Positions 40,101 through 52,135 of a DNA stretch of 64,000 bases are shown one piece after another (the stretch's first letter is position 1; the number at the start of each line of letters is the position of its first letter). Source of the stretch: Bugula neritina (Eukaryota; Animalia; Bryozoa); NCBI GenBank assembly GCA_964035545.1, contig OZ037766.1, positions 620,001 through 684,000 on the forward strand, given 5' to 3'. The translations under genes and the position numbers were made by a program. A model generated the notes under the pieces. That model worked only from the letters and a program-made list of their open reading frames with translations. It had not been told where the DNA came from and made no database searches.

Positions 40101-43100
40101 ACAGCACAGCACAGCACAGCACAGCACAGCACAGCACAGCACAGCACAGCACAGCACAGCACAGCACAGCACAGCACAGCACAGCACAGCACAGCACAGC
40201 ACAGCACAGCACAGCACAGCACAGCACAGCACAGCACAGCATAGTATAGTAAAAATCTTTAGTGTATGATTAACTTCAAACGGATATCGAAATAAAAGGA
40301 AGTATCTGGGTATCAAAGCAATGATGTTTAAGCTATAAAATACTTCTGCTATATTTATTTAAAACTGTTCTATGTAACAGATGTAAGCTCTGAATAGTGC
40401 TATGGCTTATTAGAAAGCTGATATCCTTAATATCAGCAAATAAGCTGTTAAACGTTGCCTTTATACATGAGTGCTAACAGTCACACACAGAGTACAGGGT
40501 GCAACACAACCTTCTCGTATAAACTTACCACTCCAAGGATGCCTAGTCTCCGTCATGTCACTGAAGTTGGCAGCAACGTCTGCTAGTCCAAAGTCAGCTA
40601 GCTTTCCTTCTCCTGACTTCACCTAAAGTTGTTTGCTTAAACTTTAAATAATTTTCTTGCATTGCTCAACAAATAGCTACTATTATTTAGCTACTCTTTT
40701 ATCAAACCACCTGTAGAAACTAAAGTCAGAACAATTAATATATGTTGATTCTATAATGTGAAAGTTTTGCAATAGCTACGTATAAGACAGGTGTGTAACT
40801 GACTAGTATATTCTTTGGTTTAATGTCCAGATGTATGAGATCCAGCTCATGCAGGTAGACCAGACCCTGTACTGCATCCTTTATCACCTTCAGCAGCTCT
40901 GCTTTAGACGTCTACAAAACAAAACCATAATAGATAAATATTGTCATTAGGGACTGTGGCAAAAAGTATCAATATTTAAAAAGCGTTAGTTTGATTATTT
41001 ATAACTTGTAGCCAACTTAAAAACTGTTTCACTAAAATAATGATTGGACTTACCTTTCAATATGCAAATACGAATAATTATTGTTGCATAATCAGCAAAA
41101 CTATAAACCAGCTTAGAACTTTACACAAACTACACATGACATGTAAATATAGTACTACACAGAATTTCATTTTTCTCCAAAAACTTGAAACAATATTATT
41201 TTAAAAGTATTCACAAATTTTTTATGCAAGTTCTTAACCATAACTCTTTTCTTTTTATCCCAGAATGCACTGCTGAGAACACATCCTGTAATATATGTAC
41301 ACAATCCTGTTAATGTATGGATACACATCTGGTGTAGTCTTACCGTCAACTTCTTAGAGTAAGCTAGGAGGTCCATGTCACACAACTCTATCACCAACCC
41401 GATGCCGATATCTAGAGTAGTGATGCCGTAGAACGCGACTATGTTTGGATGAGCCAGAGTTCTGAAACACACGACACAACTTCCTCTAATCTTTAGAGAT
41501 GTTGCTTACTTAAGGTCACAGTTTCGTTTCACAACCCTCACATTTGCTACCCAACTAAAATTACTGCATAAGCCTATAAATTGTGATAAGAATTTGAACC
41601 AAGCTATTTTATATGTAAATATGTGCTGTAACAGTAAGGTGTTGATTATTTTGTCTTATTTAACATCTAGCACAAAGTTCCGGCAAACAACTAAACAAAG
41701 TGAGCCTATTAAAAATAAACTTACTTATAGCATATATCTTGCACCAGTTTAATTTGTTTACTATGTGCAAACTTTTGCATTGGTTTATGATATAGAATGT
41801 TATATGTTTTGTATATAAGCTGGGGGACTGTTCAGGAAAATAGTTTCTCAGGAAACACCCTAAACCTCTAGCAACTGTCAACTAACAACTGGCAACTAAC
41901 AGCTGACAACTAGCAACTATCAACTAGCAGCTGACAACTAGCAACTGTCAACTAACAACTGGCAACTATCAACTGGCAACTAACAACTAGCAACTAGCAA
42001 CTAACAAATAGCAACTAGTAACTAGCAATTAGCAATTAGCAACTGAAAACTAGTAACTAGCAATTAGCAACTGGCAACTAGTAATTGCCACTAACCAGTT
42101 GCCTGCACAGTCCGAAGTAAAGGTTCATGCCCACACATAACAGGCTCTAGATGATCTTATATACATATAGTAGTTATAAAAGTCTTGAAGTTATATAAGC
42201 CAATAATAATTCTATACACTTGGCTAGTCTTTCAGTATACTGAGGGTAATATGAACCTTATATTTATGAGCTCTTGGAAGCAGCATTCATCTTCTCTCTC
42301 TGTGATGTTCTGGAAAACTTTGACAGCAACGTGTGACACAGACCATGTGGCTTTGTAGACTGTACACTCACCTCCTTTCCCTATTTTATTCTCCAGTTTC
42401 ACGTCTCTGAGAACTGTTTAAATAGCTACATATGTTTAGAATACAGATACAAAATAGAATACGGAGTGAGTATAGAAACAACAGAGTGTGTAAGCCATTT
42501 CACCCTCTTTATGCTGTGTACTGCTATAAAACTTTTAGCTATTATCAGCTGGGAAGTCAAGTATGTTTATATTATAAGTAGTGAAACTTGATTTTTTATT
42601 TATACTTCTATAATTTTCCCAACTTGTGAATTTGACTAAGGGTATATACTGTGCTGCAGCTTACTGTGATTAGCTCTGGTGTCTTGCCATGTGAAGGAAG
42701 TTTCTTCTTGACTTCTGACACGACCAGCTGCTATAATGTATAGTAAAAGACTCAACACTATAATAATACTATAATGTATAGTACGAAGATTTAGCACTAC
42801 TATGATACTATGATGTATAGTACGAAGACTTATTGTGATGCGTTAATTATTGGAGTTATCTACCCACTTCAAACTCGCTCATTGCAAGCAATTGCTTCTA
42901 ACTATAATATAATTGATCTATTCAACAAATAGGGTCATACTGGAACATAGCAGCAGCCAATTGTTAATAGTTCAACAAATGAATCTGACATTAAATTTAT
43001 TATACTTTATATATCATTGCTTCCCCATGCATTGAATGAATTCATTCCGGGTTGCTCGTATAGATTATATAGAATAAAAAGCTGCTCATTTCAAGGTGCT

Positions 43101-45766
43101 ATTCAATTGACACTGTCCAATGAATGGAAAAATTCATGTGCATAATTCATGGTGACACTGTAGATGAGAATAACCCCCTAGACACACTTTGCCGCACCGT
43201 AGGCCGTTTTTAATGTGCCCGCGCTGAAGTTCTCAAAGTGCACTATTGGGTACGATCTATGACACCTCATTGGATGTTTATATTTAATGAATTGACAAAA
43301 CCGTCTTCCTATCCAATAGGAACTTTTTTAATCAAGCAGTGCTTGATCCTGACGTACCGCAACGCCACACAGGAAGCTCGGACATTTGTAAAAATGGCTG
43401 ACATTTTAAGTTACGGCCTACGGTGTGGCAAAGTGTGCCTAGGGGGTGGGAAGAGGAATAGCACAAGCTATAGTATTGTAAGATTATTTCGACAGACCAA
43501 GACATGGTTGGAACCTAATACCTTAGAGGGTAAAACCTTTTATAAGGTTGAAATAAAATAGAAAATAGAAGCCAATCATTAGCTGACATAATCACCGGCT
43601 TTCCATGTACCGATCTCAGCGAGATCGATCCATGGAAAGATGTCAAAGATCGATCTCAGTCGTTCTGAGCTGGTCGGTCTGTAGAGCTCGAACTCAGATC
43701 GATCTCAGTGAGATCGATCCATGGAAAGACTCCAGATCGATCTGAGAAGTAGAAAAAAACTGTTCGCTAAAATGTTGTCTGCTGATAAAAATGACAACTT
43801 ATTGATAATTACTAAGCAAATTACTTAATAATTACGATAGCCACATTTTCAGATGCCAAAACTTTGACTTTCAGTACTATGATTAAAAAAACTCAATTAT
43901 ATAAAATTATAGTCCATAGAAATTACAAAAAATTGGAGCATTTAAATTGAATTTAAATGACTAGTAAAACTTACTTTCATTAGTTATTTGCTGCGTAATT
44001 TCAAGCTTAACAATCCTGTAAGTTTATGAATAATCTGCAAGATAGCTATTAATTTTATTTAAGCTGTTGAGCTAAAAAATTAAAAGTGATTATCTTAAAT
44101 TGGCTATATTACTTTACACTAAAAGCTTTGTTGCGTATTGTTTACAAGCACCATTAATTTTTAGACGTCAACAATCTTGTTTTTTAACCTCAGCAGCTTT
44201 AATCATCCAGATTTGTGAACAAATTATACTATTAAAGTACTCTTCACTTAAGAGGAGGCAACTCCGTGAGATCGATCTGACACTTCTCATGGAAAAACGA
44301 TCGATCTGAGAGGTATGCTCAGATCGATCTCAGCGAGATCGATCTGAGATCGGTACATGGAAAGCCGGTGATTATATAGCGTAGTGGGGAGAGTGCTGAC
44401 CTAGTATGGCAAAGGTTAAAGGTCACAGATGATGTCAGCAAGGGAATCTAATAGCCACTGTTCTACAGTGATCCAACTCTTAAGCTATGCACATGGGGAG
44501 AGCCACAGTATCATTCCCTTTGTTTCCATGAATGTGAATTTTAGAAACAAGTGAGCTTTTATAATTGCTAATAATTTATACTCAAACATAGAGGTAAGTT
44601 AGTTTATGACACTGTGAATCTATAGTAAACCATTAGCTGGCTGATGGCAACACAAGAAATGATTGTCACAATATGAATCATACACTAAAATACCTCGAGT
44701 AGTTGATAACTTTACTTCCTGTTGAAAATCCTGCATATAATTGATCATGTCGTTATGTTTAGCCTTCTCAGCAATGTCCTTCATTAGCTCCCCGGCAGTA
44801 GTCTTTATGTCCAGAATGACTAGACATTGCAGAGGTTCCAGCACATTCATCACACTGGACAACAGACCACAGTTACCATGGCGAACCAGCAGATGCATCG
44901 CGTTTTCCCCGTCAGCATTCTTTCTTATTAGAACCTTATGCATACTGTCAGGGTGAAGCGATCTGATGAAGAGCTGCACAATACCCACGTGACCTTGACA
45001 TATAGCCTGATGAACAGCTGTGTTCTGGCTCTTGTCCATGGCAGCTAGCAAGGAGTACCGCTCACTCTCTGGTACACTTTCAACTAGAACCTCAACCACA
45101 TCAATGAGCCCTCGCAAAGTGGCTTTCATTAGGACTGTGTGTCTCTGGTTGTCTTCCAACATCAACAGCTGAAAGAAGTTACGTCTTCTCACTTTGTTAC
45201 AGAATAAATCAAAGGTTGTCGCAGCTGCTGGGTTGCTTTGCGCAAGTACGTGAAACACAGTCATGCCATGGTTGTTGTGTATCTTTAGTAGGTTGTATAA
45301 AGCACTGACTGACACTGTGCTGACTATGCTACTCAGAATATCTGTGTGACCTCCTTTTCCAACAATTTGGTGTAGCATGGTATCACCTTTGTTGTTCTGC
45401 ATCTCTAGCAATCTAAGGAAGTCACTTTTCCACAAGTACGATATCATCAACTCCACTAAATCTGCACTTCCTTTAGCGACTGCCTTGTGTGCTGGAGTTA
45501 CTCTCTCTCTAGACTCTGTTGACAGGAGCTGATAGAATTGAGTAGCAGAAAGGTAGCTACCAATGCATAGCATGTGCTTTACTGAAGCTTTTGAGGCTAT
45601 TTTGTGGGCTATGTTCCAGCACAGAAAGCCTGCTAACTTTTGGAATACTGCTGAGCTTCTCCTCAAACTCCTGCAGTCTCTCTTGAGTTATCATTCTAGA
45701 AAGTTCACTGCACTCCCTGTTGACCTCATCTTCTGTTAGCTGAGGTGAACTAAACAGAATTCCCAT
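34146..45766 (-). CDS. Ankyrin-repeat + TKL-type non-RD protein kinase with an apparent frameshift (possible pseudogene or null allele)
   Basis: Exons 45766-44694 (frameshift near 45620), 42730-42665, 42413-42257, 41461-41344, 40911-40804, 40622-40529, ~35414-35244, 34327-34146. About 7 long ANK repeats (VTPAHKAV, GDTMLHQIV, GMTVFHVLA, NTAVHQAI, GENAMHLLV). Kinase motifs: IGKGGECTVYKATW, VAVK, HPNIVAFYG, HLDIKPKNIL, LADFG, AGTPLYRAPE, ADMWSMG, DPRCR. The acceptor of the APE exon is ambiguous. Confidence 0.82.
34350..34961. repeat. 21 bp minisatellite (TGACAGTATYAGTTARTATAY)n
   Basis: About 28 copies in the last kinase intron; explains ORFs 34282..34617 and 34316..34966. Confidence 0.95.
35038..35201. 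repeat. ~29 bp minisatellite (TAATATACATGTAACAATTAGTTAGTATA)
   Basis: About 5.5 copies. Confidence 0.9.
35674..38583 (-). pseudogene. LINE ORF2 (AP endonuclease + reverse transcriptase) with a single in-frame stop
   Basis: EN motifs GGGVGAYV, IYRQPS, LGDINID, CLDH, ADHLP; RT motifs FLDFSKAFD, GVPQGSILGP, LFADDT, FLGIII. ORFs 37018..38583 and 35674..36786 share a frame and are split only by TAA at 37018-37020 (FPNEL*KAKVVPLHKKG, probably AAA>TAA). Confidence 0.92.
38646..38711 (-). pseudogene. C-terminal remnant of LINE ORF1
   Basis: RKDSDSNAIQINSTDDLDDLA* ends 62 nt before the ORF2 ATG and fits the RK....I.I.S..DL..L ending I recall for ORF1 of L2/Crack-like elements. Confidence 0.6.
38728..40241. 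repeat. Perfect (CACAG)n pentanucleotide tract, about 300 copies
   Basis: No visible interruption over 1.5 kb; bounded by (TATAG)n units on both sides. Confidence 0.98.
41867..42085. repeat. (CAACTAG)n heptamer satellite
   Basis: Same motif family as 29095-29392. Confidence 0.88.
43174..43446. mobile_element. 273 bp MITE with 34 bp TIRs
   Basis: CCCCCTAGACACACTTTGCCGCACCGTAGGCCGT is inverted to ACGGCCTACGGTGTGGCAAAGTGTGCCTAGGGGG (2 mismatches); non-coding interior; no clear TSD. Confidence 0.82.
43588..44375. mobile_element. ~785 bp non-autonomous DNA transposon (MITE) with perfect TIRs and subterminal AGATCGATCT palindromes
   Basis: ATAATCACCGGCTTTCCATGTACCGATCTCAG and CTGAGATCGGTACATGGAAAGCCGGTGATTAT form a perfect 32 bp inverted repeat that includes the TA/TWA target. 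Repeated GATCGATC and CATGGAAA motifs lie near both ends; the interior is AT-rich. Confidence 0.9.
44376..44480 (+). mobile_element. Degenerate tRNA-derived SINE copy (B box deleted)
   Basis: A-box-like TAGCGTAGTGG; colinear similarity with the minus-strand copy at 58330-58460 (CCTAGTA; AAAGGYCA..GRTGATGT..AAGRG.AT). Confidence 0.5.
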
Positions 45767-46503
45767 TTCTGTGAAACTCCAAACACTTTCTGATCAGCGG
45801 AGCTATGTAAGCATGTCCAAGTATTACTATACTAAGAGGCAGCAATGCAAGCATCAACTGACAGCAATACAAATACTATATAGTCCAATGTACATATAAA
45901 ACAAGGCAGCTGAGTTTTTTAATAAGAGTCGTTGAATAACTTCAATTGAGCTTTTAATTCATCTCATATTGTGTCATTTGACACCCTATATTTACTCTAT
46001 TAACTTTATTGTATGAAATACAATAGAGATCTTTCAACACTATTTGATGCTTTCATAACCCTCAGAACAAGTCTATAATATTGCTTATACTTCCTTGTCT
46101 TAGTCATCATCAGTTCAGTTCAGCAGTGAAAGTGTTGGGAATTATCACACCAATAACTTGGTGCAAATTGTGAATTAAAATATAACTTTATTATTTACAA
46201 AGCTAACCAATACTTTTTTCAATCACTACAAACTCAATAAGCAAACAATTAATTTCATAATTACAAAAATAATTCCATCAGAAATTGTACAGTGTAATCA
46301 GCACTACCAAATGCAGCCTGAACACAAATGCGAGTAGGAGTTATGCACCCATCATAAAGTTTGTGACTGTTGGCCTAGTTTATTTTTTCAAAAAATGTAT
46401 TGATAGAAAAGTGCTTGGTGAACAGCTCCGTGCCGCTATAAGTGAGTTTCCTTCAAGATTATGATAAGGCAATGTTTTATAGTGTCAAATATTTACTATA
46501 TAG

Positions 46504-47270
46504 GTGTCATACAGCACACTAGCTGCAGTGTCATGCATGTCATGTCATGTGTCATACAGCACTTTAGCTGCAGTGCCATGCATGTCATGTGTCATACAGC
46601 ACTAGCTGCAGTGTCATGCATGTCATATCATGTGTCATACAGCACTAGCTGCAATGTCATGCATGTCATGTCATGTGTCATACAGCACACTAGCCGCAGT
46701 GTCATGCATGTCATGTGTCATACAGCACACTAGCTGCAGTGCCATGCATGTCATGTCATGTGTCATACAGCATTTTAGCTGCAGTGTCATGCATGTCATG
46801 TCTTGTGTCATACAGCACTAGCTGCAGTGCCATGCATGTCATGTCATGTGTCATACAGCACTTAATTTAGCTGCATTGTCATGCATGTCATGCCATGTGT
46901 TATACAGCACTAGCTGCAGTGCCATGCATGTCATGTGTCATACAGCACTTTAGCTGCATTGTCATTCATATCATGTCATGTGTCATACAGCACTAGCTGC
47001 AGTGTCATGCATGTCATGTCATGTGTCATACAGCACTACAGCTGCAGTGTCATGCATGTCTTGTGTCATACAGCACTACAGCTGCAGTGTCATGCATGTC
47101 ATGTCATGTGTCATACAGCACTACAGCTGCAGTGTCATGCATGTCATGTGTCATACAGCACACCAGCTGCAGTGCCATGCATGTCATGGCATGTGTCATA
47201 CAGCACACTAGCTGCAGTGTCATGCATGTCATGTCATGTGTCATACAGCACACTAGCTGCAGTGTCATGA
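46504..47270. repeat. ~35-42 bp minisatellite (GTGTCATACAGCACTAGCTGCAGTGTCATGCATGTCAT)
   Basis: About 19 copies with palindromic CTGCAG and CATGCATG cores; source of the spurious ORFs at 46461-47341. Confidence 0.95.
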
Positions 47271-48629
47271 ACACAAAATGCAGTGATGTTTTCACTAAAG
47301 CTCTTGCAGTTTTCTCTCCATTGTTTCTAGCCTATCATTAATCTGATCCTTATAAAGTATAGGCATTTTGTAAGTACAATAAAGGAAAAGCAACTCCAAG
47401 GGTGAACATGTTTTAATACACTAGACTGTAGCCTCAGCCCACAATCTAGTATATCTCATCTCATCTTATATGGAAATTAAACTAAAAAGTGTAAACTATG
47501 TAATAATTTCAGGCAGTTTAGGTAGTTTCTTTTTTTTCTCCAACTTTATATAATAGTTTATTTTGGAAATGTTGAAATTCCTCAATGCATGTTCCACGTA
47601 CTCCACTTATGAATGCGACAAGATATATTTGTTGTGTGATATACTGAATTTGGATATTATTTTGTGCTCTAAAAGTCGTATATGTTGCTGTGAAACAATC
47701 GTGTTGCATATTACATTATAACGCATTATACAATATTATTTAGCATTATATTATTACAATTTATAGCATCATAAAGATAACATTATAATATTGTATATAA
47801 TGAAATATACCCAAATATAATAGCATAACTACTTTTTGTCACATTATTTTATATGCAATAAATTATAACTGATTACATGCATTCAGTTCTCACCATATTT
47901 GTATGACGATATGTTTGTATTAGATCTAAGGCGCTATAGGTAAACCTGTAGCAGCTTATGACCTCAGGCTATATTGAATGGTAAAAGCTCTCTACATGCA
48001 CAATGAGCAAACACTAAAGTAACTTAGTACTCTATCTCTACATTTGAAAGAAGCATGATATGAAGATATTGATTGGCTAACACTCGTTCAAGAAACATGG
48101 AATGTATGCAGATCAGATTATGACGAATTATATGGCAATTTTTGATGCCAAAATAAAACCAGCTGATGCTTTAATGTTTTTATTTACAATCATGAATTAC
48201 AAATGTTTAACTTTTAATTGTAGAAATAAAAACACAGTACAACGAGAATAATATAAATATAGTATACTGCACATTTCATCATTATTTTAAGGCTATACAA
48301 CTTAGAGAATGGATACATTTAAAGTATATTTCAATTCACTCTACAAATATTGTGTGACTGAAGCTTAAATTAGGATAAATATTTTTAATTATTGTATATT
48401 AATCAAGTTACTATTGAGCAATGTGTGGTCCTCTTTTATAAATGTAAATCATTTACTGGAATTCTTTTTATTTCTCGCGCAACTTTAAAATTGTTTTCAC
48501 AGTTAAGCTATTCTACTCATGTAAATAAATATGCCAAATAGCAAAAGAATCTCTTATAATTGCTATATAGAAATTACTTTTATGGAGACTCATATACATG
48601 CCACATAATCTACATAGGATACCTTTGAC

Positions 48630-49024
48630 CAAGGCTGTCCAACAGGCGACCTAAGGGCTGTTCAACAGGTGGCCTCAGGGCTGAATGGTAGCCTCCAGCC
48701 AACGCGCATTTACATGTGGCCCTGTAGCTCAAAATCATAAGAAATAAAATTGTTTTGCACACACATATGAATTGGAATTGAAAATTAATTTTTCAAATGT
48801 CTTACTTATATACTTGCTACAAAATGTATTCTGCCCCCAGTAATCATTTGACTTCATTGTGTGATCATTTGTATAATAATTTATATTAAAATAATTAGAA
48901 AATAGCAATGCTATATAGCTCCGAGTTAAAGCAGAATTTTACAGAATATTTTATTTCAGTGACCCTCAATATGAAGGGTTTCATGTAGGACGTCTTTAAG
49001 TGGAATGAAGATTAGACACTCCTG
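48630..49024. mobile_element. Degenerate hAT (Charlie-like) MITE
   Basis: Left end CAAGGCTGTCCAAC, right end TTAGACACTCCTG and subterminal GTGGCC motifs resemble CAGGGGTGTCCAA-type hAT termini. No 8 bp TSD is preserved. Confidence 0.45.
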
Positions 49025-50468
49025 TCAGTGCGGCCGAGTTTGATTTTTATTCAAATTGATAGCTGCAGTATACAAGGCAGTAGTTTAGACCAAATAGAAG
49101 CGTTATATGTTATACATCTCAACTGAAATTTCATTTTGTTATATGAGTTAATAAATCATATTATATGTACATAAGTTGTGTCATATAAGCAATTAATGCA
49201 TACCTGTACAATACTGGAAATAGAGTTTACCAAAATATTATATAAAGATAATTTTATCAGATGGAAACTTTTTAAATCTTACAGTTATGCAGATTATGCA
49301 TCTAGTACTAGCAAAGCATTGACTGTTCTGCTGTTACTGGTGAGATGTTAAGTTTGAGAATATTCTATTATGACAGAAGTATCTATTTGTAACTTTCAAA
49401 GTTTGTTATAAAATATTATGTAGGTTATTGAATATTGTAAAATCTTTACTAGTAATTGCTACATAAAATATGTTGTTTATTACCGTTTGGCAGTAATTGT
49501 TTTTTATACTGGACTATTTTTTAAAGTACTAAATGTGGAGACATATATCTTCAATTGAAAGTCTAAAAGTATAACTTGGTTTTCCTCAAATATAACTTAG
49601 ATTACGCATATTTGTATATAATATCTGTGTTGGTGATGCAATTTGTCAGCTTTCCAGTTCACTTGTAAATATGCGGAAAATTGTATGTTTGAATAACAAA
49701 GGTAATCTAGTTACCTTATGGTACCGTGGGCAATTACAGTAGATGACTAATTGCCCGTTCATCTATGAGAAAAGTGTGACTGGTTGTCACACAAATATTG
49801 ACAAACCAATCGTCCAATTAGAATATCCACTCCAAAGTCTACCATATAGTTGGTTAATCATGCATATAATGATATATATCACTTTTAGGGTGAAGTAATT
49901 AATTGCTAATATAGGTTTCAAATCAGTTCATTAGCTCATTACCGGTATTTCCTTTTACTGCATAAATGCATTGGCCTGAAAAATATAAACTTACTTAATT
50001 TCGTAGAAACCTCTCACCCCTTCTCTCTCTGTCCATTCACAATTATAAAAACTCAAGTAGAAAGATGCTTCAGTAAACTCAAATCAAAATAAGTTCTGCT
50101 TCAAACCTACAGCCCAGCATCTGCTGCAGAAGTTTATCATATCTATACTATTTGCATCTTTCAAATCTTGCTTCAACATTTTGTCAGAAAAACTCGTTAA
50201 TCACAAACTTGACTTTGTTTACTTTTCAGTTTCAAGGTTTCCCATGCAGGACTTGATATTACAAGGCAATTGGTTAGAATGAAAGATGGTGTCAAGATAT
50301 CATATGTGAAAATGTATTGTTTTGTGTATACTTCAGATGAACATGTATAAGAGATCAATGTTGAAGTTGATAAAACATATTATTGCTAATAGTCCGGTAT
50401 ATAATATATATATGCCTCAGATACAATGGTATAAGACTAAGAACTGAATAAAATAATATACAATACAG

Positions 50469-50594
<126 letters not shown>

Positions 50595-51006
50595 CTCTTC
50601 CATAACTTGGAATGCCACCTTCTTCGGCAACATAAAAAAATATTTGTTCATATCATTGTTTAGACAACAACTAGTCAAATGTTAAAATAGAGTAAAATAT
50701 ATTCTTACTTGCTCAAAATTGGGAGCACAAGTTATAAAATAGCGTGTGCTTCCAGGTGCAAAGTTTACATATATAAATATGCCAATACAAACTACTATAT
50801 CACTATACAAAAGTAGTTGAAATTTTGTAATAAGCATGGACTTTCAGTGCTAATGTTATTTCTCAATACTTCTCAAGAATTAGAATTGGGTCAGCTTTAA
50901 GAATTACTATTATCGATCAGTAATAATTGAGAAATATTATTGGTCAGTATTGAGAAATGTTATTGGTCAGTATCAAACAGTTGCAAATTCTTGTATAGAT
51001 GGGGTT

Positions 51007-51077
51007 TATAGGTCAGGTTAAAGGTCAGGTTATAGGTCAGGTTAAAGGTCAGGTTATAGGTCAGGTTAAAGGTCAGG
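51007..51077. repeat. 12 bp repeat (GGTCAGGTTAWA)n
   Basis: About 6 copies. Confidence 0.9.
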
Positions 51078-51244
51078 CATCACAAACTCCATGGAATGAG
51101 TGTCTATTAATTATATTAAAACTAAAAATGTTGCTGCATGGTGTTACTGTAAGTTTTAGTTTTTCTGTCAGTTTAAAAAGAAAGTATGCAAAACATCAGC
51201 ATATTTGAAAACAAACTGATAGTTTCTGGTCTAATCTGAGTTTA

Positions 51245-51823
51245 ATAGTCTGAGTAGACTGCTAGCAGGTTATTATAGTCTGAGTATATTGCTAGCAGGT
51301 TATAATAGTCTGAGTATATTGCTAGTAGGTTATGATAGTCTGAGTATATTGCTAGTAGGTTATAATAGTCTGAGTATATTGCTAGTAGGTTATGATAATC
51401 TGAGTATATTGCTAGCAGGTTATTGTAGCCTGAGTATATTGCTAGCAGGTTATTATAGTCTGAGTATATTGCTAGCAGGTTATTATAGTCTGAGTATATT
51501 GCTAGCAGGTTATGATAGTCTGAGTATATTGCTATAGCAGGTTATTGTAGTCTGAGTATATTGCTAGCAGGTTATTATAGTCTGAGTATATTGCTAGCAG
51601 GTTATTATAGTCTGAGTATATTGCTAGCAGGAATTATTGTAGTCTGAGTATATTGCTAGCAGGTTATTGTAGTCTGAGTATATTGCTAGCAGGTTATTAT
51701 AGTCTGAGTATATTGCTAGCAGGTTATTATAGTCTGAGTATATTTCTAATAGGTTATTATAGTCTGAGTATACTGCTAGCAGGTTATTATAGTCTGAGTA
51801 TATTGCTAGTAGGTTATTATAGT
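51245..51823. repeat. 30 bp minisatellite (TAGTCTGAGTATATTGCTAGCAGGTTATTA)
   Basis: About 19 copies. Confidence 0.95.
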
Positions 51824-52057
51824 TTTATTGTTTTATAGTTTCATATGCATAACAAAATTGGGGAATTTTTCATATGTGCAGTATTGAGATTTATTTAATG
51901 AATTTTTTGCAAACATAAAAATATATATTAAGTCATGCAGGTTTGGAAGAGCATCGAAGTATATCAAATATTTCATCAATTAAATGTTGTGTTAGTTTAA
52001 AAAGCTATGATTAGTAACAAGCAAGCAATTAAAATCCAAGTCTTATAAGATGAAATA

Positions 52058-52127
52058 TCAGGTAATGTTCAGGTAATGTTCAGGTCATGTTCAGGTGTTC
52101 AGGTTATGTTCAGGTCATGTTCAGGTC
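52058..52127. repeat. 11 bp repeat (TTCAGGTHATG)n immediately after the secreted-protein stop codon
   Basis: About 6 copies. Confidence 0.85.
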
Positions 52128-52135
52128 AAAGGGGA

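Noticed and set aside
38646-40316. 500+ aa ORFs of (CCAVL)n in three frames
   Set aside because: Translation of the (CTGTG)n microsatellite; only the last ~21 codons reflect a LINE ORF1 remnant.
34146-45766. RNase L or ILK orthology
   Set aside because: No KEN ribonuclease domain follows the kinase, and the catalytic Asp and DFG are intact, unlike those pseudokinases.
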